Assembly: GCA_964558935.1 (NCBI GenBank)
Contig: CAZLFP010000001.1
Location: 5,299-69,298, forward strand
DNA from: an uncultured Gammaproteobacteria bacterium
GTDB lineage: Bacteria > Patescibacteriota > Patescibacteriia > 2-01-FULL-39-33
Reading direction: 5' to 3'
Length of the DNA: 64,000 bases
Numbering within the stretch: the stretch's first letter is position 1; every line of letters starts with the position of its first letter. Of the stretch, positions 30,480 through 38,181 are shown one piece after another. A program made the translations under genes and the position numbers. Below the pieces are notes generated by a model. It was not told the origin of the DNA. It ran no database searches and saw nothing but the letters and a program-made list of their open reading frames with translations.

Positions 30480-30839
30480 ATGCGTCACCAGAAAAAAGGT
30501 AAAACTTTAGGCAGAAAAGCAGCTCCACGCAAAGCTTTAATGAGAAGCTTGGCCACTAGTTTTTTAGTCTATGAAAAGATTAAAACCACTCAAGCCAAAG
30601 CCAAGCAATTAAAGCCAATTGTGGAGAAATTAATTACTTTAGGTAAAAAAGATACTTTGGCCAACAGAAGACAAGCTTTAAAATATTTATATTTGGAAAA
30701 TGCGGTTAAAAAGTTGTTTGAAGTTATTGGTCCTAGAGTCAAGACCAGACCCGGTGGCTATACTCGCATTGTTAAGCTAGCTCCCAGGAAGAATGACGGT
30801 GCTGAAATGGCTTCCTTAGAATTAGTAGATAAACAATAA
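30480..30839 (+). CDS. rplQ: 50S ribosomal protein L17; start 30480
   Basis: MRHQK...LGR, IKTT.AKAK, RPGGYTRI. Confidence 0.97.
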   Translation: MRHQKKGKTLGRKAAPRKALMRSLATSFLVYEKIKTTQAKAKQLKPIVEKLITLGKKDTLANRRQALKYLYLENAVKKLFEVIGPRVKTRPGGYTRIVKLAPRKNDGAEMASLELVDKQ

Positions 30840-30840
30840 T

Positions 30841-31197
30841 ATGACAGAGAAAGCAACAATTCATAATATAGATGCCACAGATCAGCCGGTAGGTAGATTG
30901 GCAACTCAAATTGCTATGATTCTGCAGGGCAAAAACAAAGCAGATTTTGCTCCCAATAAAGAGGGGAGTGATCTGGTTGAGGTGGAAAACGTGTCCAAAA
31001 TGAAGTTTAGCGGCAACAAGCTGGAACAAAAAGATTATATTTGGCACTCTAATTATCCAGGTGGTCTTAAAAAGCAGAAGATGAAGGAAGTTTTTGAGAG
31101 TGATCCGGGTGAAGTTTTAAGAAGAGCTGTCATGGGTATGTTACCCAAAAACAGATTGCGAGATTTAAGAATTAAACGGTTAAAGATCAAGAGTTAA
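30841..31197 (+). CDS. rplM: 50S ribosomal protein L13
   Basis: IDA....GRLAT.IA..LQGK.K, HSNYPGGLK, AVMGMLPKN. Confidence 0.97.
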   Translation: MTEKATIHNIDATDQPVGRLATQIAMILQGKNKADFAPNKEGSDLVEVENVSKMKFSGNKLEQKDYIWHSNYPGGLKKQKMKEVFESDPGEVLRRAVMGMLPKNRLRDLRIKRLKIKS

Positions 31198-31198
31198 T

Positions 31199-31618
31199 AT
31201 GTCTGAAGAGCAAAAAACAACAACTAAGAAGAAATTTTTTTACGCCAAAGGGGCCAGAAAAACAGCGGTCGCTCAGGTTAGACTATATCCTAAGGGTAAG
31301 GGTGAGTTTAAAGTTAACGGTAAGCCATATAATGAATATTTTAAGACCCAAGTTTTACAGGAAAATTTCCTAGCTTCTTTGAAAGTAGCTGGTCACGAAC
31401 AGGATGTGGATTTGGATGTTAAGGTGCATAGTTCCGGAATAGTGGCTCAATCTGAAGCCTGTCGACATGGTATTGCCAGAGCTTTACTGCTTTTAGATGA
31501 AACTCTAAGACCGGTTTTGAAAGCTGAAGGTTATCTAAAAAGAGATCCAAGAGTTAAGGAAAGAAAGAAACCAGGACTACGAAGAGCTCGAAGAGCACCT
31601 CAGTGGAGTAAGCGTTAA
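31199..31618 (+). CDS. rpsI: 30S ribosomal protein S9
   Basis: G.RKTAVA, RDPRVKERKKPGL, PQWSKR. Confidence 0.97.
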   Translation: MSEEQKTTTKKKFFYAKGARKTAVAQVRLYPKGKGEFKVNGKPYNEYFKTQVLQENFLASLKVAGHEQDVDLDVKVHSSGIVAQSEACRHGIARALLLLDETLRPVLKAEGYLKRDPRVKERKKPGLRRARRAPQWSKR

Positions 31619-31624
31619 ATCTTT

Positions 31625-31648
31625 AACCCGCCAGTTGGCGGGTTTTTT
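31625..31648 (+). terminator. Intrinsic terminator of the ribosomal operon
   Basis: AACCCGCCA/TGGCGGGTT plus T-run. Confidence 0.85.
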
Positions 31649-31671
31649 GTTTTCTGCTAAAATAACCTAAG

Positions 31672-34668
31672 ATGGAAAACTTACTCGACAACCTAAATCC
31701 GGCTCAACAACAGGCTGTGACTCATGACCAGGGACCTTTGTTAATCGTAGCCGGAGCCGGTACCGGTAAAACCACGGTGATTACCAGACGAATCGCTTAC
31801 CTCATAACCCAAGACAAATGCCAACCGGAAGAAATTCTGGCTTTAACTTTTACAGACAAAGCAGCCGGGGAAATGGAAGAAAGAGTGGATCAGCTGTTAC
31901 CATACGGCTATGTGGATTTGTGGATCAACACTTTCCATGCTTTTGCCGAAAGAATCCTGCAAGACCATGCTTTGGAAATCGGACTGCCCAACAATTTTAA
32001 ACTACTGAATGACACCGCTCAATGGTTGCTGGTAAGACAGAACTTAGATAGATTTAATTTAGATTACTATCGTCCTTTGGGTAATCCAACTAAATTTATT
32101 CATGCTTTGTTAAAGCATTTTTCCCGGGCTAAAGATGAGAATATTACACCTCAAGATTATTTGGATTATGTACAAGATTTAAAATTAAACGCAGATAATG
32201 CGGATTATGTTTTCAGTTTTTTAGACAAAAAAAGTCAAAGTAAATTATCTGATCAAGAATTGAAAGAAGTTTTAGCTCAAGAGATTAAAAAGCAAACTGA
32301 AGTGGCTGAAGCTTACCATGTTTACCAGCAATTGTTGTTGGACAATGAAGCTTTGGATTTTGGGGATTTAATTAACTATTGTCTTAAATTATTAAAAGAC
32401 AGAAAAAATCTTTTAGCTCAATACCGAAGTCAATTTAAATATATTTTAGTGGATGAATTTCAAGACACCAATTATGCCCAGTATGAACTGTTAAAACTGT
32501 TGGCTGCTCCGGATAATAATCTAACGGTAGTGGGGGATGATGACCAGTCCATTTACAAGTTCAGAGGGGCTTCCATTTCCAATATTCTGCAGTTTAAAGA
32601 CGATTATCCGGCTTTAACCAAGATCTATCTAACAGATAACTACCGCAGTCAGCAGGAGATTTTAGACTTAGCTTACAACTTTATTCAAAAAAATAATCCA
32701 TATCGTTTAGAAGTTAAGTTACAAGAAGAAACCGGTTTTTCCAAACAGTTAAAATCCCAGGTCGAAGGTCAAGCTGAAATACTGCATTTGCACGGTCAGT
32801 CTCTTACAGATGAGATTAAGTTAGTGATAGAAAAAATAATTGAATTATATAATGCTTCAGATGAGGTTAGCTGGTCAGACTTTGGGATTTTGGTCAGAGC
32901 CAATTCTTCAGCCGATGATTTCTGTTATTTTTTGGATCAGGCTAAGATTCCTTACATGTTTTTAGCTTCCAAGGGATTATTCGTTAAGAGTATAGTGTTA
33001 GACATCTTAGCCTATTTAAGACTCTTGGACGATTACCATGAAAGTTCAGCTGTTTACCGGGTTTTAAGTCTTCCGGTTTGGAACCTTAATTCCAAAGATA
33101 TTATTAATTTAAACTATTGGTCTCGTAGAAAAGGTTGGTCTTTGTTTGAAACTATGAGGCAAGTTCAGACTTTGAATAATATTTCTGAAGCTGGACAGGA
33201 AGTGATTTCCAAGATTTTAGCTTTGGTGGAAAAACATGCTCAACTGGTTAGGGAGAATAAAAAAGCAACTGAGATTATCCAAGTTTTTTTAACTGACAGT
33301 GGGTATTTGAAGGATTTAACCTCAGAAGAGAATGAAGCTAACTTGGAAACTTTAAATTACTTAAATCAGTATTACAAATTTATCCAGAAGTTTGAACAAG
33401 AAACCCCGGATCCGAATTTGAAAAATTTCTTGAATTATATGGAATTGGAATTGGAAGCAGGGGATCAGGGACAATTGTCTCAGAATTTGGAAATCGCCGG
33501 TCCAGATACGGTCAAGATTATGACCATTCATGCGGCAAAAGGTTTGGAATTCAAATATGTTTTCAGTGTTAATTTAGTGGATAAAAGATTTCCTACCATT
33601 AGGCGAGGGGAACCCATTGCTCTACCGGAGAAGCTAGTTAAGGAAATAACACCGGAAGGGGATTTCCATCTGATGGAAGAAAGAAGATTGTTTTATGTGG
33701 CTTTGACTCGGGCTAAGAATGGTTTGTATTTGTCTTCAGCCGAGGATTACGGTGGAGCCAGAAAAAAGAAGATTTCCAAGTTTTTGGTAGAATTGTCTGA
33801 GGTGGATTTTAAATTGGCACCGGAAGTGGAAATTGCCAAAGCCCAATTGTCTTCACCTAAAAAGAAAGAAGCTAAAGTTCAAGATTACACTCCTGTCAAA
33901 AGATTTTCTTTTACCCAATTAAGAGCTTACGAGAATTGTCCTTACCAGTATCGGTTTGCCCATATTCTGAAGATCCCCATTACCGGCAAAGCTCAATTTT
34001 CGTATGGTAAGACTTTGCACAGCACTTTGCAGAAGTTTTTCGATCTGGTTAAGTTGAAGCAGGGCTCACAGCAGATAGACCTGTTTGGATTGGAAAAGGA
34101 AGATCGGTCTGAGGTTACTTCAGATCAGTTGTTAGAGATATATGAGCAAGAATTTGTTGATGATTGGTTTCAGGATCAGAAAGAGAAAGACAGCTATTAT
34201 CTGAAGGGCAAGGAATCCTTAAAGAAATTTTTTGAACATTTTTTAGCCAACAAACCAAAACCTAAATACTTGGAACAACCTTTTAATTTCAGATTGGGCA
34301 AAGACGGCGAATACATTATAAACGGTAAGATAGACAGAATCGATGACATGGATGGTCAGGTTAGAATTGTAGATTACAAAACCGGCACGCCAAAGGAAAA
34401 ACTCTCTGCTGAAGACAAGGAACAGTTGTTGTTGTACCAAATGGCTTCAGAAAGAGTTCTTAAAGAGCCGGTGGGTGAATTGGCTTTTTATTATTTAGAT
34501 AATTCTCAAGAGATTAGCTTTTTGGGTACGGACAAAGATCTGGAAAAGTACGAGCTTAAGATACTTGGGATTATTGAAAAGATTAATTCCGGTCAGTTTC
34601 CGGCCAAGCCTTCTCAGTTATGTGGTTTTTGTGACTTTCGTCGGATTTGTGAATACAGGCAAAGTTAA
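31672..34668 (+). CDS. UvrD/PcrA helicase fused to a C-terminal PD-(D/E)xK nuclease (AdnA/AddA-like)
   Basis: AGAGTGKT, VDEFQDTN, TIHAAKGLEF, EERRLFYVALTRA; CP..Y, GKIDRID...IVDYKTG, C..C.....C. Confidence 0.92.
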   Translation: MENLLDNLNPAQQQAVTHDQGPLLIVAGAGTGKTTVITRRIAYLITQDKCQPEEILALTFTDKAAGEMEERVDQLLPYGYVDLWINTFHAFAERILQDHALEIGLPNNFKLLNDTAQWLLVRQNLDRFNLDYYRPLGNPTKFIHALLKHFSRAKDENITPQDYLDYVQDLKLNADNADYVFSFLDKKSQSKLSDQELKEVLAQEIKKQTEVAEAYHVYQQLLLDNEALDFGDLINYCLKLLKDRKNLLAQYRSQFKYILVDEFQDTNYAQYELLKLLAAPDNNLTVVGDDDQSIYKFRGASISNILQFKDDYPALTKIYLTDNYRSQQEILDLAYNFIQKNNPYRLEVKLQEETGFSKQLKSQVEGQAEILHLHGQSLTDEIKLVIEKIIELYNASDEVSWSDFGILVRANSSADDFCYFLDQAKIPYMFLASKGLFVKSIVLDILAYLRLLDDYHESSAVYRVLSLPVWNLNSKDIINLNYWSRRKGWSLFETMRQVQTLNNISEAGQEVISKILALVEKHAQLVRENKKATEIIQVFLTDSGYLKDLTSEENEANLETLNYLNQYYKFIQKFEQETPDPNLKNFLNYMELELEAGDQGQLSQNLEIAGPDTVKIMTIHAAKGLEFKYVFSVNLVDKRFPTIRRGEPIALPEKLVKEITPEGDFHLMEERRLFYVALTRAKNGLYLSSAEDYGGARKKKISKFLVELSEVDFKLAPEVEIAKAQLSSPKKKEAKVQDYTPVKRFSFTQLRAYENCPYQYRFAHILKIPITGKAQFSYGKTLHSTLQKFFDLVKLKQGSQQIDLFGLEKEDRSEVTSDQLLEIYEQEFVDDWFQDQKEKDSYYLKGKESLKKFFEHFLANKPKPKYLEQPFNFRLGKDGEYIINGKIDRIDDMDGQVRIVDYKTGTPKEKLSAEDKEQLLLYQMASERVLKEPVGELAFYYLDNSQEISFLGTDKDLEKYELKILGIIEKINSGQFPAKPSQLCGFCDFRRICEYRQS

Positions 34669-34746
34669 AACATTATTTTAAAGTGTTGTCAAATTATATT
34701 AAATAGCTAAAATTAGCTATTTTTTTAAATTATTATCCTAAAATAC

Positions 34747-34775
34747 TTGACAAAATAATATTAATATGCTATAAT
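34747..34775 (+). promoter_or_regulatory. Strong sigma70 promoter of the structured island
   Basis: TTGACA(34747)-17-TATAAT(34770) with TGn extension. Confidence 0.85.
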
Positions 34776-34781
34776 GAAATT

Positions 34782-35340
34782 ATTAAAACTTATAACTAGC
34801 TGATTAACTCTGGGGAGAGATGAGTCAAGCTAAGAAACATATTATTTGTAATGTCATAAAATCTCCCCAGACCAGGGAGGTTTTATGTTTTAACCAAGGA
34901 GGGAGAGAGCTGCTGATGCTTGTCAGTTCCAAACTCCTTGTTAGGGCGCTAGCATACAGCTGTATGTTACTGCCCTGAACAAGGGTTTTGGAATCAGTTC
35001 CTTACAATTTGGCTAGTAAACATGTAGAGGAGGGAAGAGTAGACACGGTTTCTGGTTATGCGACTACGGTCGTTTCTACCAGGTCCACTTAACTGCTCTT
35101 GGAATAACCAGGCTATTTAATAATTTTTTTATAAAACAAAGAGCCAGGGTTTTCCGGTTGCCATCCTCTATGTGCTTGCTAGTCAAACTATCTACCCCTA
35201 ACTGATACGAAGGAGGTGATGCTTGTCACTCCTGCTTAGCAGGAAGAACAGGTGAGTACCAACTCCGGTATAAATATCTAATAACAAATATTGACTGGTA
35301 AGTTGGTACTAGCCTTGTTCGTATCAGTTAGAGGTGGCAT
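34782..35340 (+). ncRNA. Putative large (~560 nt) multi-domain structured RNA or leader
   Basis: Long stems 34927-34993, 35008-35187 and CTAACTGATACGAA(35198)/TTCGTATCAGTTAG(35318); repeated TGATGCTTGTCA; no ORF of 60 aa or more on +. Confidence 0.6.
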
Positions 35341-35373
35341 GGGGCTACTTCTAAAAGCAAGGAAAAGAGAGAG

Positions 35374-35520
35374 ATGCAAAATCAACTCGAGAAATTGGCA
35401 GACCAGATTCTGCTGGAGGCTGGTTTCGCGACCGATGGTCGCGAAAAGAGCGAGGTAGATCCTCGTCAAGAAGCGTTTGAGAAACGTTTCTGGACGAATG
35501 CGGTGGGCACTGCTCGTTAG
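35374..35520 (+). CDS. 48-aa orphan protein (not in ORF track)
   Basis: MQNQLEKLADQILLEAGFATDGREKSEVDPRQEAFEKRFWTNAVGTAR; AAGGA upstream; hairpin over the stop. Confidence 0.55.
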   Translation: MQNQLEKLADQILLEAGFATDGREKSEVDPRQEAFEKRFWTNAVGTAR

Positions 35521-35634
35521 TGGTGCCCACTACTCCTTGGCGAGTTAGACAAGTCAGTTTAACTCGCCTCTCAATTCAAGTTAGTAACTAGCCTTTATTG
35601 GCTTCAATTGGGACTAAATAAAGGAGGAAAGTAT

Positions 35635-35838
35635 ATGTTAGTCCAGTGTTGTATGTGCAAGAAAGTCCGTTCGGGGCAGTCCTGGGACTGGGATCTGCCT
35701 GATGAGCAGCCTCTAAAGGGCAAAATCTCGCACGGCTTTTGCCCGGACTGCTTGGCCCTTGAGATGGCCAAGTTTGATAAGCTTGCCGAAGAAGTTCGGC
35801 AAGCGGCCGCCGATCTCAATGGCGGCATTCTACCGTAA
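35635..35838 (+). CDS. Small Zn-binding protein (C..CKK.R...W...SHG.CP.C); start 35635
   Basis: SD AAGGAGG at 35621; motif resembles the Cys/His tail of some sensor proteins. Confidence 0.75.
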   Translation: MLVQCCMCKKVRSGQSWDWDLPDEQPLKGKISHGFCPDCLALEMAKFDKLAEEVRQAAADLNGGILP

Positions 35839-35971
35839 ACATTAGAGGAGGAAAGATTATGAGATAATCTTTCTTCCTCTCTCTACTTTAGCCGGTATCT
35901 ATTGAGGATATGGGCTGAAGAGGAGGTGAACCGGCAGAGTCAGATCATTGACCTGCCTAAGGGAGATTAAT

Positions 35972-36241
35972 ATGTCGAATATTTTTGATCAGATGGTATC
36001 GGCTATGGGCGCGGTCTGGCTGGTGCAGGCCGTGAAAAGCGGTAGCCGACAAAAAGTTGAACAGGCAATGCGGACACACCGCATTCTCCTCTCTGACAGG
36101 GAGGAGGCCATTCGCTTGCTCAAGCAGCAAGCGAGGCAGCATGAGAACATGCTGCGTCAGAAATTCGGCAACACGCGCGATGACCTCATCGCGCATGCCA
36201 ACGAAAACTTTGCGAGGGTTCTTGAAGAACTCTCGCAATAG
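35972..36241 (+). CDS. Orphan helical protein; start 35972
   Basis: SD AGGGAG at 35960; visibly more GC-rich than the flanks. Confidence 0.65.
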   Translation: MSNIFDQMVSAMGAVWLVQAVKSGSRQKVEQAMRTHRILLSDREEAIRLLKQQARQHENMLRQKFGNTRDDLIAHANENFARVLEELSQ

Positions 36242-36405
36242 TCATCCGGGAGGAAGGAGTCCAAGAATCAGACTCAACTTCCTCCCATCCCCATTTAAGT
36301 TAAGAATTTGGATTGTTAATTCAAATGGGGAATAATAGATTTTCGTTCCTTTTTATCTCTCCTCCTTTCTTAAAAAAATTATTATTCCCTAAACGAAAAA
36401 ATCGG

Positions 36406-36428
36406 AAGCGTCCCAAGTGGACGCTTTT
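36406..36428 (+). terminator. Terminator closing the island transcript
   Basis: AAGCGTCC/GGACGCTT followed by T-rich sequence. Confidence 0.6.
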
Positions 36429-36485
36429 GATTTTGTTGTTGATAACTAGATTGTCAATTAAAAAAGTTATTGCTATAATTTTTGT

Positions 36486-36622
36486 CATGAGGGAAGGTGA
36501 TAACAGTTGATTTATTACTAACTACATTTCCTAAAATTATTTAGGTTCTCTCTCCCCAGTGTAGTTTAAGCAATAATTCAATTGACTTTCTCTCAATCCC
36601 GCCCATGTGGCGGGATTTTTTT
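36486..36622 (+). ncRNA. Putative rod-shaped small RNA
   Basis: TTGTCA(36451)-17-TATAAT(36474); TGAGGGAAGGT/ACTTTCTCTCA closing stem; terminator AATCCCGCC/GGCGGGATT plus T-run. Confidence 0.6.
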
Positions 36623-36668
36623 ATTTTTCTTTTTATGGTATAATATGATTAATCTAATAAATCACCTT

Positions 36669-37049
36669 ATGAGCTTAAAACAGTTATTGATCATTATGGC
36701 TTTAACCACTACCATTTGTTGGCTGGTTTGGTTGGTGGTTTTGTTCCAAGTTGATCCTAATACGGCTGAATGGCCTAATTTGTTAATTTTCTATGCCAGC
36801 TTACTGATTGCACTAGTCGGCTCTTTTTTCTTGATCAGTTTTTTGTGGAGAAAGCTGTTTACCAAGTACGTTTTGGAATACCGCTTGGTTGGTGTGTCTT
36901 TAAGGCAGGGTTTTTTCATTGCCCTGTTGGTCGTCGGTGTTTTGTTCTTGGCCAGTCATAACTATTTGACCTGGTGGAATATTTTGTTATTGACAGCTGC
37001 TGTAACGATTGTGGAATACTTATGTTTAAGTTTGAGGCGCGTGGCATAG
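36669..37049 (+). CDS. Hypothetical 4-TM membrane protein; probable start 36669
   Basis: Four hydrophobic segments, S.RQG motif. Confidence 0.75.
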   Translation: MSLKQLLIIMALTTTICWLVWLVVLFQVDPNTAEWPNLLIFYASLLIALVGSFFLISFLWRKLFTKYVLEYRLVGVSLRQGFFIALLVVGVLFLASHNYLTWWNILLLTAAVTIVEYLCLSLRRVA

Positions 37050-37128
37050 TTATTTGCAATTCCTAACCCCTGAAACAGGGGTTTTTAGTTTGACTAATTA
37101 GCCTTATTTTGCATATAATATAGTTAAT

Positions 37129-38181
37129 ATGTTAGATAGATTAGAGCAGATCCAAACACAGTTTCAGCAGGCTTTAGCCAAGGTCAAGACCTTGGCTGAT
37201 TTAGAGTCTGTCGATAAAAAGTTTTTAGGTCGTAAGAGTGGTTTACTGACAGATTTTTTTAAAGAATTCAAGGGTTTGCCCAAAGAAGAAATGAAGAAGG
37301 TTGGTCAGATGGCCAACCAGGTTAAGATTGAGCTGACTGACAAGATTTATATGACAAAAGAAAAATTGGAACAGGGTGAACCTGATAATTTTTTTGACCC
37401 GACCGTTCCCGGTCAATCTCAGTTGGTTGGTCATTTGCATTTGGTGACTCAGGCAATTGACGAGATATCAGATATATTTAAACAAATTGGTTTTCAGAGA
37501 GTTAGATATCCGGAGGTGGAATGGGATTATTATGCTTTTGAAGCTTTAAATATGCCTGAAGATCATCCGGCTCGAGATGAGTGGGAAACTTTCTTTGTTG
37601 ACACCCAGGTTATTAACAAGAAGTTAGGCCAAAGGGTTTTAACGCCTCATACTTCTTCCGGTCAGATTAGAGAAATGGAAAAGGGTCATATGCCAATTCG
37701 GATGATGAATATTTCCAAAACTTACCGCAGACAGATAGATGCTTCGCATTCACCCATGTTTCATCAATTTGAAGGATTGCTCATAGATGAAGGAGTCAAT
37801 ATTACTCATTTGAAAGGAACTATAGATTATTTTGTTAAAAAGTTTTTTGGTCCGGACAGGAATATTCGTTTAAGACCTCATCATTTTAAATTTACAGAAC
37901 CGTCTTTTGAAGTGGATGTGTCTTGTGGAGTTTGCAATGGAACGGGCAGGATGGAAGATGGTGCTAAGTGTAAAGTTTGTAAAGATGGTTGGTTGGAACT
38001 AGCCGGAGCCGGTATGGTACATCCCAATGTTTTAAAAGCCGGTAAGATTGATCCTAAGAAGTATTCCGGTTTTGCTTTTGGCTGGGGTGTGGAAAGATGC
38101 TATATGATGAAAGCGGATTTAAACATAGATGATATTCGGTTGTTATATAAGAATGATTTAAGATTTTTAAAACAGTTTTAA
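37129..38181 (+). CDS. pheS: Phenylalanine--tRNA ligase alpha subunit
   Basis: FEALNMP.DHPARD, HSPMFHQFEGL, FTEPS.EVD, GFAFGWGVER. Confidence 0.97.
   Translation: MLDRLEQIQTQFQQALAKVKTLADLESVDKKFLGRKSGLLTDFFKEFKGLPKEEMKKVGQMANQVKIELTDKIYMTKEKLEQGEPDNFFDPTVPGQSQLVGHLHLVTQAIDEISDIFKQIGFQRVRYPEVEWDYYAFEALNMPEDHPARDEWETFFVDTQVINKKLGQRVLTPHTSSGQIREMEKGHMPIRMMNISKTYRRQIDASHSPMFHQFEGLLIDEGVNITHLKGTIDYFVKKFFGPDRNIRLRPHHFKFTEPSFEVDVSCGVCNGTGRMEDGAKCKVCKDGWLELAGAGMVHPNVLKAGKIDPKKYSGFAFGWGVERCYMMKADLNIDDIRLLYKNDLRFLKQF

Noticed and set aside
7387-34721. Shared AATAGCTAA...TTA(G/A)CTATT palindromes upstream of the 7408 and 34747 promoters as a common operator
   Set aside because: Spacer lengths differ (6 vs 2 nt) and the sequence is AT-rich, so chance or simple hairpins cannot be excluded
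34820-34978. 52-aa ORF (MSQAKK...CMLLP) with a hydrophobic end as a type I toxin
   Set aside because: Poor SD spacing and it runs through long stems; chance coding within structured RNA is as likely, so it is not called without Ribo-seq
34782-35340. RNase P, tmRNA, T-box or group I intron
   Set aside because: I could not find GAGGAAAGTCC, tRNA-like ends, the GGTGG.ACC T-box or intron core motifs by eye; a covariance search is still needed
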